A stretch of 64,000 nt of DNA from Neoconidiobolus thromboides FSU 785 (taxonomy: Eukaryota; Fungi; Entomophthoromycota): assembly GCA_025603075.1 (NCBI GenBank), contig MU626304.1, positions 1-64,000 of the forward strand. The letters are read 5' to 3'. A program made the translations under genes and the position numbers. The notes beneath the pieces were generated by a model. The model made no database searches and had not been told where the DNA came from. It saw only the letters and a list, made by a program, of their open reading frames with translations. Every line of letters begins with the position of its first letter. The stretch's first letter is position 1. Shown piece by piece: positions 23,680 to 37,072 of the stretch.

Positions 23680-25650
23680 TTAATTTAAATCAATAAATCC
23701 ATTCTCATCATCTTGACCATAGACAATTACTTTACCATCTATATAAAAAAGTTATTAACTTATAAGTCCCAAATAAATTAATTATAAAATTTACCTTCAG
23801 AGCAAGTAAAAAAATATTTTTCATTAGGATGAAATATCAAATCTCGGATTTCTATATCTAATTAATAATAAACAATTAAATCATACTACTTAGTTCATTT
23901 GAATATGAAATTTTAAAACTTACCACCATGATCTTTTAAAACTCCTTTCACATTTCCAGTAATTAAACAAAATATAAATACTTCTCCATTGACTGTTGGT
24001 GCCATTATGTATCTTCCATTACTTGTAATATTAATATACCAAGAATTAGAGGCGTACCTAAATAAGTAGAAAATCGACACTTTAATTTATTATTATATCA
24101 TTCTTATAAACCTTACCTTTCATCTTTAAAACACTTTAAATTTTTAATTTTAAATGTATCACCACTAAATTTCGGATAGCATAATATATGTAAATTCACT
24201 GTATTTTCAGTATCTGTTAACATATTTCCATCATCATCTAATAATTCTACTCCTCGACTAATGAAATAAGCATGATTTCTTTCATTATCATTATCTTCTA
24301 TTTGATCTTCATATAAGTTATCAAGTTGTTCTTTAACATCTGGGAATAAATTTAAAAATTTGATGTTATCACAATAAGAACTATAAGGCGATTCAAATTT
24401 TTGAACTGGCTAAAAAAATAAATAACAAATTACTTATACAAAAATATAAAGAACTTCCTACCTTTGCATGTTCAAAATCAAATAACTTGATCATATTATC
24501 ACATGCCCCCAAAAAATATTTATTCCCTGTATTAGGTAAAAATGATACATTAAAGGCCATACAAGTATCATTATCTTGTATCCTTGTTGAACTTATAATT
24601 TCTTTATGATCCTTTGATAATAACCATTTATAAATATAACCATCTTGAGAAGTAGATAAATAATAATTTTGACTTTTAAAATAAACCTGTTTGATAGACA
24701 AGATTTCTTCTGTATGTGCTTTTAATAAATTGATCACTTTTCCAGTTAGTAAATCAAAGACCTAATAATAGCTAATTAGTCAATTTAAACTCTTAACTAC
24801 AATTAATATCCTAATACAACCTACTTTAATATAACAATCGATTATTTTATTATCATTGTCTTGTTCAGACCAAATTGTACGATCCTTTCTTTTTCCTCCG
24901 GTTACAAAGTATTGTTGTGTGGGTGAAAATTGGCCTTTATAAAATTCATCTATTTCTGTTTCTTCATTATCTCTTAAAGTTGCTAATAATTTAAAACTTC
25001 CAATTTCCCATAATTTTATATGACCTAAGGAACTCATTGTTGCCAATAATTTGTTATCTTTAGAGAGTTGTAAACCTAAGATAGGACCTATGTGAAGGGA
25101 AATATTAGCTTTTATTAAAAAATATAGACTATAATTAATTTATTACCTTGATCTTGTATATTATATTCTAATGGTATAAACGATCCGTCATTAAGGTTAT
25201 TTATAGCACTTTTTTCGTCTATTGGAGAGTATGTATCCATAAACATGTACGATAGTTTGGTGATTAATTTGGGATCTAATTTATCTTTCTAATATTAAAA
25301 TGAATAAATATAAATAATTAAAAATAATGTTAAAGGAAATGATATTAATAACTACCTTTTCTTTTACTTCTTCCTTTTTCTTTGTACTCTTAACCATTTT
25401 TTTACTCTTTCCTTTAACGTATCATAAGCACTTAATTTCATTAAAGATAAAGTAATCTAAATTCTTACCTTTAATAGTTTTTTTTTTTACCTCCGTTACT
25501 CTATATTAAAAAAAGTAAATCTTCGAACTTCTACCAAATACTTTAATCAAAAACTTACTTCTTATAGCCTATCTTTGTTTTATTTTTTTTTTTTGAAACA
25601 ACAAAATCTTCATCATCATCTATCTCTTTTTCAAGTTCCGATAAATCTAA
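23680..25650 (-). CDS. WD40-repeat protein, multi-exon; 5' end uncertain (between ~25400 and ~25870)
   Basis: Repeated WD blades (HIGPILGLQLSKDNKLLATMSSLGHIKLWE; HTEEILSIK...STSQDGYIYKW; GACDNMIKLFD; KDHG...RDLIFHPNEKIFFTCSE); stop at 23680. Confidence 0.8.
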
Positions 25651-26388
25651 AGATAAATATGATTAATAAATATGATCAATAAATATAATATAAAAAAAAT
25701 GTTTTCAATAGTAAAAAGAAGGAACTCAAGTATGATACTTGATTGTAAAGATATAATAAAATCAAATAATTTTAATATAATTAATGAATCAAACGCTTTT
25801 ATTTCTCGATCTTCTCTATACAATATATAAAAATAAATAGCTTACTGAAATCCACATCTGACACATCCATATTTTCAACCTTTCTTAATTCAAAGTCAAA
25901 AATTATCCAATCCCTAATCCTTCTTTATCTTTTATAAAAATTCTTCTTCCATCACAACTTTGAATGATTCAAACTTCCAATTTCTTTGGTTCAAAATTAG
26001 TGCAGTTTCGTAATTGATTCGTTCATTTTTTCTAAGATTGAGATTTGCCTTTTAAATTTAAAAATTGCTTTTTTTTAGAATGATTGAGGAATTTAAGGAT
26101 GGGTTGCAGAATTTAGTGAATAAATTTCAGATTTTGGGTTGAAATGCCTAAATTTTTGCAGTCAAAAAAGGAATAACATGAATTTGTGACTAGGTTTGTT
26201 AGAACAAAAAGTAAACATTAAGTAATAATATGCTATTGCTCGTTTTGATTAAAAATATATTGAAACATTCTTTATGTAATTAGATATAATATATTTTGTT
26301 TAATAAATCATGGCTACTAAACGATTACTAATTATTTGAACTTACAACTCAGCTTTTTTGTAGTTTAAATGCTCTTTTTTTATAAAAA

Positions 26389-26491
26389 ATATCAGGATGT
26401 CTCTTTTTGTTAAAGAATTTTACTAACTTTTCTATTCAAATAATACTTTCAAGATGGAAAAAATGAAATCAAAAAAAAAATCCCCTCAAAT
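26389..26491 (-). mobile_element. MITE copy 13 (degenerate)
   Basis: Family core; flanks ATAT/AAAT. Confidence 0.75.
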
Positions 26492-26874
26492 AATTTATCA
26501 GTAATTAAAATACAAACATTACTGAGTTTAAAAATGTAGTCCAAGATATAAAAAAGATCAATCAAACAATAATGATAATAACAAAACGCATTAAAATAGC
26601 TTTTATATAAAACCCTTTCAATGTAAATACTTTCATTTATTATTAAATATTTCTGTTTTTAACATCAAAAAACTAACGATTTTGATGGAAAAAAACCAAA
26701 CCTTTGAAGCCTTAAACTCCAACCAATCAAAGCACACTATCGTCATAAGGTTAAAGTTCAAGCAATTGACCAAGCAGGACAGTAGACTCTTTTATAATTC
26801 AATATGCCTACCTCATTATAAACAAAACAAATAAATAAAACAAGAAAAACAAACTATAGAAAACAAATACAAAA

Positions 26875-29800
26875 ATGTGGAATTTTGAAGGAAAAACTAC
26901 TCAACGTAAGGCAATAAACCTTGGAGGCAAAACGGCAAGTTTAAGCAAGCAAGAGATATTAAATCATAACAGAGAAGAAAGGAAAAAGAGAGAGGAAACT
27001 AGGATTAGAAATAAATCAGCTAGTATTATTCAGGTAAGGCTTTGATTATAGTCAAGCTAATTGTGAGTATTTTTTAATTCTTTTATATAGACAAGTTCAA
27101 GAAAATTTCTTTACAAGTTACAAATTGCTCAAGAAAAAAGAGTAGAATTTGATCGACTTATCTCCAATTTAAAGTCAAATACTGGGGAAATAGCGGATCA
27201 TTATGATACTTTTTATCAATTAATCTGCTTAATATCTTCTTTTTATGATAAAAAAAAAGATATTGAACGAGTTGTCTTTTTACTTGATACAGGTAGTAAA
27301 CAAGTCCAACTGAATGGCTCTGATGTTCAAAGTAATAGTAGTTTTAATATTGTTGTAGTTTTTGATTTTAATGAATGTTTTGATTAGTTCCTTTTATTCT
27401 CAGCCCATTATATAGTACTCTATTTCCTAGCTGTTGGCCATATGTGATCAATTCTCTGGCTAAATTAGGAATCAAAGCGTTCAAAGATACTAGGCAAGTC
27501 GATTTTATCTATCTTAAATGATAACTAACTTTGATATTTAAAACAGTTCCGCAACATTGAATTTTATACTTGCAATAACGGAGAAATCATATTTTAATAA
27601 TTTAAGGTGAATTAAATTTAGTTATTTTATGTATCGGGTTTTAATTGTTTTGTAGTATTAAAGTAGAAAACACTTCCATTTATCGATTAATTCAGATTAG
27701 TTTGGCTAATAATGGTATATATAAAGCATTTCAAAAAGCAATTACCTCGGGTTATGTAAGTCAATCGTATTTTCTATGTAGAAAATTAATAATTATATTC
27801 AAATAGACTAGAAATAGCATTTTCATTATTATAGGAAGAATATTAAAGCCAGAAACATTACGAATACCATTCGACATTAAAACAATACAAATCTATAAAC
27901 CCTTTATAGTGGAGTTTTTACCACTATTATCTTTAGTAGATATACTTTCAAATCAACTATTCAATCAATTAAGCAAACAATTGAATTTTATGCTGTTAAT
28001 TATGACTTTAGAAGAACTGATTGCTCAGAATGTTTTATTGAAGTTAATAAATGTCAACACATTTACATTATTGTGTAATGTATTGGATTGTACTCCGAAT
28101 TTGAAACTAATGAAATCCAAAGATTTAGTAAGTTATATTAATATATATACATATATATAATATTTTGTTTAGTTAATTTATATCAACGTGTTAAGTTATC
28201 TAGTTTCTGTTTCTTATAAGCAAAAAGATTTTGAATCGGAAGATTCAGATGGTAAGATTCATCTAGTATTGTTTTTATATAAATAAATTACCAATACGAA
28301 ATAAATAGATAGTGATAATGAACTTGAGGTCAATAAACAACAAACTGAGGAGCCATCATATAAGAAAGCAAATATTGAAAATATCACTGCGAGTACGAAA
28401 CAAATGCAGTCAATTGAAAAATTAGCGAGTATTGACTTATTAAGAGGAATGTTCAAAAACATAACTACTCAAAATGATCCCAATTTAAAATTATTAGCAT
28501 TATACTTATTCAACATAATAACTCAATGGCCAAATACTAAATTTAGAATTTCTGCTTTAATTAATCGTACTTTTCCAACCGATAAAATTAATCGTTCTTT
28601 TGTACCAATACTGTGGGAGTTAGTTTGTCAATCTGAATTTATTAGAAGAATTCAAAATATTGATGTAAACTTGTTAAAAGGTAAATATTATTTGTTATAT
28701 TTTATTATGATATTTTTATTTATACTTGTTTCATAGATCCAATATACAAAGATGATTGGTCCATATTTTATTTATTTTTATTTTCAAATGATCAACATTT
28801 ATCTGTTTTAGGTGATGATAAAATCGATGACAATAATGGTATCACTTCCTTGACATCTACGGAATTTGAAAATTTAATTAATATATTATCATCTTGTTTG
28901 GTAAAATTAATATTGAATAGAGATACATATAAATTAGATAAAAATATTTCTAATACAACAATAACGTTGGAAGAATTTAAAAGTTTAGCCATTTCTTTAT
29001 TACGTAAAATTCATGCTAAAAATTCAAGACAACAATTTTTATCTGATAATGTTTGGTTGAATAATTGGCATTTAATCCAAAATTCCAATTTTGCTAATCA
29101 AGCTGCAACAGAATTTTTTGATTTACAAATCGCATTAGAAAATCAACAAGATGATGAGAATTTTAATTTATCAACAGTTCCTTCTCCTTTATGTGATATA
29201 TTACAAAATATTCCATTTGTGGTGCCTTTTAATCAGAGAGTTGAGATTTTCTCTCAATTATTGTTTTTAGAAAGGCAAAGGTAAAATTTAATTTATTGTT
29301 TAATATATTAATATAAATAATAATTTTACATTATTATAGAGTTGAAGTTAATGCTCCCTTAATATTTGCTAGAGGAGCAGAACAACCAGTAACAATAAGG
29401 AGAAGCTCTATTTTTGAAGATGGATTTGAATTATTAAATCCTCGAGGAAGTAAATTAAAAGGAAGAATCAGTATATCTTTAGTGAATCAATTAGGAATGG
29501 CTGAAGCGGGTATTGATGGTGGAGGAGTATTCAAAGAATTTTTAGAAGAATTAATGAATCAAGCCTTTTCAATTGAAATGCAATTATTTTCAACAACAAA
29601 TGACCATTTATTATATCCCAATCCATCTATATTTAATAGGAATTCCAACAGATTAAAATATTATGAATTTTTAGGTAGGATGGTAGGTAAAGCATTATAT
29701 GAAGGTATATTAATTGAAGCTTCATTTGCTAAATTTTTTTTATCAAATTGGTTAAATAAAAAGTCATATATTGATGATTTACCATCCTTAGATAATGAAT

Positions 29801-30516
29801 TATATTCAGGATTAATGATTTTAAAAAAATATACTGGAGATGTAGAAAAAGATTTTGGCTTAAATTTTACATTAATTGATAAAGATTCAACAGGAAATAG
29901 AGCAATTGAATTAATACCAAATGGTGAAAAGATAGCAGTAACTTCAATGAATAAAATTGAATATATTTATTATGTAGCCAATTATCGATTAAATAAACAA
30001 ATTCAAAAACAATCAACAGCCTTTTTAAATGGAGTTAATGAAATCTTACCTTTACATTGGTTAAAAATGTTTAATGAAAAAGAATTACAAATGGTAATAA
30101 GCGGAACCGAACAAGCCATTCAAATCTCTGACTTCCAAGAAAACACTGTATACTCTGGAGTATATGATCAAAATCATCCATTAATTATTGCTTTTTGGGA
30201 AATTGTTAAAGAAATGAATCATGATACAGTAGCTAGATTATTAAAATTTATTACTTCTTGTCAAAGACCTCCATTACAAGGTTTTAAAGCATTAAACCCA
30301 CCACTTTGTATTAGAGATTCTGGCAGATCAGATGAGTGGCTTCCAACCGCTTCTACTTGTGTTAATTTATTAAAGCTACCAATTTATTCTTCTAAAGCGA
30401 TATTAAAAAAGTAAAATTTCGAGTTATAAAATGTTAGCATGAGTTATTAATTTATTGTTTTTTTTAGGAAGTTATTGTATGCTATCAATTCAGAATCTGG
30501 GTTTGAATTGTCTTAA
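26875..30516 (+). CDS. HUL5: HECT E3 ubiquitin ligase, UBE3C/HUL5 type, multi-exon
   Basis: N-terminus MWNFEGK...INLGG...REERKKREE...IIQ (IQ-like); HECT EAGIDGGGVFKEF and catalytic LPTASTCVNLLKLP; ends AINSESGFELS*. Confidence 0.92.
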
Positions 30517-31442
30517 GGTGGAAAGAAGGGGCTATAATAAGATAACGTGATTTGACTGTAGTTTAAATATGAAGGATGAATAGGGTTTATGTTTGTTTTT
30601 AAGATTAATAAAATGGGGATTCTATTTTTGTAGTTGTGACATAATTTATAACTAGTTTAATAGTTCATTATATTATGTTATAATATCATCATGAATTACT
30701 ATTAAATGCATTTGTATTATACTGTCCGTTCATTACCGTTGATTATAATATTATCAATTATTATAATCATCTCAACTAATATAAGTAAGCTAAGAATTTA
30801 TTATTTAATGAATAATTTTATTATTAAAGTTTATATCAAGTTAGTTCATAAATAATAAAAACCCCTTTTTAAAAAAATTAAGAACACTAGTTATATTTAT
30901 ATAAGGGGAGTGTTTTTTTGAGTATTTTTAATAAAGTCTATTAGTCAGAGTTTACTATACTTAAAAAGGTAAATTTATATTATAGAAAATTACTACCATT
31001 ACAACTATTCACCCCTAAGATTTTAGATTTTCCCAAAAAAAAAATAAGCATTTATAAAGCTATCTAATGCCAAAGCAAAGAGATGGGTACTTTTTTTTAA
31101 ATTCAGAAAACCTGTTGTGTATTCCTACCACTTTTAAAATTGAACGTTACTGTCTAAATAAATAAGGGCATTCAAAGCGTAACCTTGCTGAGATCATTTT
31201 CCCACGCAAATTTAGAATAGAATCATTGTTTTGAAAATTTTCTAAATGGAGGAATTTGATTGGTAAAAAATTTAGACTAAAATTATTCTGAATTCAAAAG
31301 GTCAAAATCAAGCATAATTTCAAAGTATTATAAAAATTAATCTTTTTAACTCTCCAAATTACTTCTTATTTGTTATTGAACTTTCAACCTATATTTTCCT
31401 CAATAAACTTACACATAAACATAGCAATAGAAAAACCAAAAA

Positions 31443-31802
31443 ATGGATAATATTCCCCTTGAAAACATCAAACAATTCATTGTCCAAAATGAGATTAACA
31501 TACGTCCATTTTATCAAAAATTGCTTGAATCCAAAGACAGCCTCCTGAATACTTTCAACTCTCTAGATACTTTAACCGCGTTAATTCTTATCTTTTCAAC
31601 TTCTTTAGTCTTATTACTCAGTGTTAAAACAATTCAATTTTTACTACGCGGGTTTGCCTTGATGTTATTTGTATTAACGATGGGTAGCTTTTCATTGTTG
31701 ATATTGGTGTTAATGCAAAAACATGTAGTAGATTTATTTTCAGGAGGAGGGTGGTCAAGGGCAACAGGAAACGAAAGAGTGAAATGGAAGGAGCAAGTAT
31801 AA
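31443..31802 (+). CDS. Small two-TM membrane protein, tandem paralog 1
   Basis: Intronless 119 aa; colinear paralog at 33728; weak resemblance to Apq12-like proteins, not verified. Confidence 0.75.
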   Translation: MDNIPLENIKQFIVQNEINIRPFYQKLLESKDSLLNTFNSLDTLTALILIFSTSLVLLLSVKTIQFLLRGFALMLFVLTMGSFSLLILVLMQKHVVDLFSGGGWSRATGNERVKWKEQV

Positions 31803-32061
31803 GGTTATGTTTAATTGTAGTATTTTTTGTAGAAATATAATTATGGAGATTGTAGAAATTATTAAAATTGAAATAAAGTTTTTTGGCTGAGATATTTTTT
31901 TATTAGATTTTAGGTATAATAGCGTTTTTGTTGTCTTTCTATTGTTACTTTACTTGCTTTTGGTATAGTTATCTTGATGTTATTTTTGATTTGATTTTAT
32001 GAATTTTCAATAAAACTCGGCTTATTCTTTGAAGCTCGCTTTCGTATTAGAAATTTTGTAA

Positions 32062-32165
32062 AATTGCGGATGTATTTTTTTGTTTAAGAATTTTACTGAT
32101 AGCTTATCCATTCAAGTAGTGCTTAAAAATGGAAAAAGTAATGAAATCAAGAAATACCCCCAATT
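32062..32165 (-). mobile_element. MITE copy 14, TSD AATT/AATT
   Basis: Family core. Confidence 0.88.
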
Positions 32166-32333
32166 GTTTCTTTTTGACAAAAGGCAAAGACAAAAGAAGT
32201 TACTAAAAAATAAGAGAAGGAAAAGGAAAGTCTAAATGGTAACAATGTAACTACTATCTTAATAAAAAGAACTTACCAAACAAAGTATTTAAAATTAGCT
32301 ACAAGATTTCACTGTCCTACCAAGTTTGTTAGT

Positions 32334-32440
32334 AAATGGGGATGTTTTTTTTGGCTTCATTATTTTTTCCATCTTTTAAGTGCTATTTAAATGGAAAATT
32401 TGTTAGTAAAATTCTCAAATACAAAAATACATCCCCAAAT
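32334..32440 (+). mobile_element. MITE copy 15, TSD AAAT/AAAT
   Basis: Perfect GGGGATG/CATCCCC ends. Confidence 0.95.
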
Positions 32441-32643
32441 CCTAGTAAAAAAAACACTTTTTATACATAAATATTATAAAAACAGTAGGTCAGGAAAAAA
32501 CTTTAATCAATAGCAAAACAAATATGTATTGAAAAAATCTACTATATTAACGAGAGTTGGGTTATGTATTTATAAAGTAGTATTATAAAATTATTCGGAA
32601 AAACTTAGCTTATTTCATTTTAGCTATAAAACTAGATTCAATG

Positions 32644-32750
32644 GTATGAGGGTGTTTTTTTTGGTTTTATCACTTTTTCTATCTTTTAAGCGCTATTTGA
32701 GTGGAAAAATTATTAGTAAAAGTCTTAAACATAAAAATACATCCCCATAT
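32644..32750 (+). mobile_element. MITE copy 16
   Basis: Family core; flanks GTAT/ATAT. Confidence 0.92.
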
Positions 32751-33727
32751 ATTTTATAACTTGTTAAGATCTAAGCTTAAGTTAATTTAAGTTTTGACTT
32801 GTAATAGTAGTTTTTGCTTAATTAAACATTTTTTTAAAAACATTATTAATTTGTATATAATTTATAATATAAAAAAATCAATACTAAGTTTTACAAGATT
32901 GATAAATGTTTTAAAAAATTTTCAGCTTTAATCATTAGCTTATTCAGTATTACTGAAATCTAATTTTTAAATTGAACACTTTTTGCAATATCTTTTAACA
33001 AAAACCCTAAATTAATTTAGGCATAATTAAAACAAAGATTAGTAGTATTAAAATAGCAATACCAAAAAATGTTGTTTTAGAGTTTTTTTGCATTGGATAT
33101 AATTGAGGTGAGACTGCTCTGAAAACTTCAAAAAATCAATTGGGACTTTCCATATTAATTAAGGAAAGTTCTTTTATAAGTATCATTACAAATAGGAAAA
33201 GGAAATATTCAACTAAAAACAAAAGTTTCAAATTTAATTTTATATTTGAAAAGATATTGTTTATTAAAGAATGATATTTGAATTTATAGCATTTAGAAAA
33301 ATAGTCCAGATCTTTGAATGCGGCCAAATCGAGTTAGATATATCATCATAAAGTAAGTCATAATATTACAATCAATATAAAATTTATAAAGTTTTCATAA
33401 TCAGAACTTCTGGAGTGAATTACGGTTTTGAGCTTTGAGCTTATTAGAATTTGATGACTTTCAAAGCTTGGAATTTAAATAATTTCATGTTCAAAATTAA
33501 AAACTAATCATAATAACAATCGACTTGATTTCAACTGTTCTTATTGGTCAATTTATTTTTTGATAAATACTTTTATTAAAATAGTTGCAATATAACTATT
33601 TAGACACTCCCTATAAAGAAATTTAACTTTTTTAATTCACTAAATTACTTTTTATTTTAGTTGTTCAACTTTTAACTTATATTTTCCCATTAAACTAACA
33701 TAGTATACAAATACTAACTTTTAAAAC

Positions 33728-34081
33728 ATGGATAATATCCCCCTTGAGAATATTAAACAACTTATTGTTCAATTTGAGAATAATATTCGTCCCTTTTGTA
33801 TTAAACTCATTGAATCTAAAGGCATTCTTTATAATACTTTCAATTCTCTAGACATGTTAAACGGTTTAATTATAATATTTATCACCTCTTTACTTTTACT
33901 TCTCAGTGTTAAAACAATTCAATTTCTACTAAGAGGATTTGCATTGATGTTATTTGTACTAACAATGGGTAGCTTTTCTTTATTGATATTAGTATTGTTG
34001 GAAAAACATGTAGCGGGTTTGATTAATGGTGCAGGAGGAGCAACAAGAGGTGAAAGAGTTAGATGGAGGGAACAGACGTAA
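33728..34081 (+). CDS. Small two-TM membrane protein, tandem paralog 2
   Basis: MDNIPLENIKQ start and SVKTIQFLLRGFALMLFVLTMGSFSLLILVL identical to paralog 1; upstream flank also homologous. Confidence 0.75.
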   Translation: MDNIPLENIKQLIVQFENNIRPFCIKLIESKGILYNTFNSLDMLNGLIIIFITSLLLLLSVKTIQFLLRGFALMLFVLTMGSFSLLILVLLEKHVAGLINGAGGATRGERVRWREQT

Positions 34082-34640
34082 TAATAAATTGAATAACTTT
34101 ATGATTGGTAGAAGTATGTTTAAAACATTTTGAAATCCAAAGTAAAAATTTATTTATAGCTGGGAAATTTATTCTATTTTTATATTTATTTTTATATTTA
34201 TTTTTGTTACTTTATTCGCTTATTTAGTTTATGATTTATGGTCATTTATCATCACTGTTTTTTATCTGATATTATGAATTTCAGTGAAACTCAAGTTGTT
34301 TTAAAGTCTACTTGGAAGTTTTGAAAACTTATTTTTCGAAAACTCTTGGACTTAAAGAGGTAAATAGATAATGATTATTTAACTAAATACAAAAAAGGGA
34401 AAGTGTACTCTAAATGAGTTTGCTGTCATTAGAGTTACAACAGAGCGTTTTAGTAACTAGATGGGGGCCATTATATTGGCCGATTGTGTAAAATGTACAA
34501 AAAGAGAATAAAAGCAACGGTCATTTAAACAGATTCAAAAGCTGAACACTGACACTGATAAATGTAAGTCCATCCAAAAATACACAGTATCCTCCCAACA
34601 AACAAAACATAGTTTCATAAAATTTATTATTATTTCTCAA

Positions 34641-35200
34641 ATATCTAAGCCGTACAAAGTTAATAACTCATTTTAATTTTATAAGCATTAACAAAAAAAA
34701 ACTTAGGTTGATTTATCGTCCATCCCTTCAATTAACAACCATTGAAAAAATAGTAATAATTGTACACATAAAAATGGCGATAAAATAATATATTATAAGA
34801 ATTAAGGTTTTATTTTTTTATAATCAATAGAATATTGTGGGAAAGAAGAAAATGAGAAAGAGTATTTATTCTTTATTTTTAGAGTTCTTTGATTGCATTT
34901 TTTTAGCATTTTTTATAATTTTAAATATCTAAGTCGTAAAAGTCGATAATTGACTAAACTCAATTATCAATAAAAAATAAACTTAAATTAATTTATCGCA
35001 CATCCCTTCAATTAAGAACCACTGTTTTTAAAAAATAGTAATAATTGTACACTAAAAATGGCGATAACAGTTTCATTCAATAAATATTCTTTGCTTTTGT
35101 ACTTTATTAGCTGGAAAGTCATTGTGGGAATAGTGGAATTTAGATGCATTAAATTTTAACTCATAATTTTCATAATTTTCATAATTTTTTAATATTCTAT
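34641..35200. repeat. Diverged non-coding tandem duplication, period ~284 bp
   Basis: ATATCTAAG at 34641 and 34925; both units share ATTTATCG..CATCCCTTCAATTAA and AAAAAATAGTAATAATTGTACAC..AAAAATGGCGATAA. Confidence 0.75.
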
Positions 35201-35486
35201 TGTTATTTTCTATTTTTTATTTTTATTATAAATACTTGACAATTTATTGAAGCTTAAACACAAGAATCTCACAACATCATGTTCATCTTTTCAGAAAATT
35301 AGAACAAATTGTATTCAAATTTTTTTAATAATTTTAATTAAAAACCAAGTATCAAAATTCAAACCCATTCTATCTCTTCTCACTACTGCTTCTTTCTTTT
35401 AAACAGTTTAATGTATCTAAAAAAAAGTATCAATTTACTTAATAAATTATTTGTTTTAAGTTTCAATAATTATTCTATTAAAAATC

Positions 35487-35593
35487 ATATGGGCATGTAT
35501 TTTTATGTTTAAGAATTTTAATAACAATTTTTCCACTTAAATAACGCTTAAAAAATGGGAAAAGTAATGAAACTAAAAAAAATACCCCCATAT
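35487..35593 (-). mobile_element. MITE copy 17, TSD ATAT
   Basis: Family core. Confidence 0.92.
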
Positions 35594-35756
35594 AGAAAAG
35601 AACGTTGAGTGTCACTTCCTCCTCCTCTATCGTTATTCTTATTACCCTTATTATTTTTAGTGGATAAGACACTTTCACTATCACTCTGGTAGGTAATATT
35701 ATCATTTTTTGCGTTTTTAGCATAAAACACCAACACTTACTTTTTCAAGAGCTTCT

Positions 35757-35863
35757 ATATGGGGATACGTCTTTTTATTTAATAATTTTATTAATAATTT
35801 TTCCTCTCAAATTGTATTTAAAAACCGAAAAGAGATAATAAAATTAAAAAAACATTATCACAT
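35757..35863 (-). mobile_element. MITE copy 18 (degenerate)
   Basis: One intact GGGGAT end and a decayed core. Confidence 0.7.
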
Positions 35864-36122
35864 TACCTACCCTCTTTCTGATACTTAACTTTTAATCTTT
35901 TATTTTATTAATTTTACTTTTAAATTACATTGATTATTAAGTTTATAGACTACTATAAATCAAAGTAATTATCGTATATAAAATAGTTTGTGAATATAAT
36001 AAAAAGTAAAGTATAAGTAAAATTAATTAAAATGTTTATCACAAATAATGATATATGAACAGCAACAAGGAATTTAATATATTTAAGTATAGTGATAAGT
36101 GATATAACAGAAATAACTATCT

Positions 36123-36302
36123 TTAGAGAAGCCCATCAAAGATAGATAAGTCTTCTTCTAAAACCCCAAGTTCTCGTTTTACAAGCGTATTAGATACAAC
36201 ATTAGAATTAGGATTAGAAGTGTTTAATTTTTCTTCGCTTTGAATGTTGGTTGACAAAGCAAAAACGGTAACTATAAACAGAGTAATTAATTGAGTATTA
36301 TT
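36123..36302 (-). pseudogene. Tiny secreted prepropeptide-like ORF lacking an ATG
   Basis: NTQLITLFIVTVFALS leader, LVKR Kex2-like site, then ELGVLEEDLSIFDGLL*; ACAAT-AAT looks like an ATG that lost its G. Confidence 0.4.
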
Positions 36303-36502
36303 GTTAAATAATATAATAAAAAAGAATATATATTTTATATATTAAATTGTTTTATTTGTTACCTTTATATGCTTTGTATTTTATATTATCTGTTGATTAA
36401 TTTTAATGATATTATAGTTCTTTAAAACAGTTAAATCTGCTAATTTATTTTCCTTAATACTACTGTTATATCATTAAAGATATCCAGTTATTTTCAATGT
36501 AT

Positions 36503-36608
36503 ATATGGGGATGTTTTTTTTTGTTTCATTCCTTTTCCACCTTCTAAGCGCTATTTGAGTGGAAAAATTGCTAGTAAAATTCTTAAATACAAAAACACAT
36601 CCCCATAT
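36503..36608 (+). mobile_element. MITE copy 19, TSD ATAT
   Basis: Perfect ends. Confidence 0.95.
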
Positions 36609-36966
36609 AATAATTACTTGACTATTGTTCCTTTACAATACTAAATTATGATTTTTAAGCAAAATCAAATAATGAAAAAGATTATATTTACAGTTTAAGT
36701 AAATCAATCTTTTTAGTATTAAATTTTTTTTAACATTGTTTAATTGATATCAAATTAACTCTAAATTAAAATTCAATTAAATGCCATCTTTTGAGATAAC
36801 TGATACTCAAAGGGTTAATTTCATTGTTTCATTGTTTCATTGTACACTTTCTATGAGTTAATTTCAAAGCTTATTTCAATTTTTATTTTATGTTGATATT
36901 AGTAACAACTGAGGAGTTAAGTGTTATGCGCTATAAAAATAACTTGTACGAAAATATGTTTTTATC

Positions 36967-37072
36967 TTATAGGGATGTATTTTTGTGTTTAAGAATTTTA
37001 ATAACAACCTTTCTACTTAAATAGCGCTTAAAAAATGGAGAAGTAATCAAATCAAAAAAAACATCCCCTTGT
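36967..37072 (-). mobile_element. MITE copy 20
   Basis: Family core; flanks TTAT/TTGT. Confidence 0.9.

Noticed and set aside
25980-26030. Short ATG ORF (MNESITKLH*) upstream of the WD40 gene as a regulatory uORF
   Set aside because: The WD40 5' structure is unresolved, and short ORFs are common by chance in AT-rich DNA
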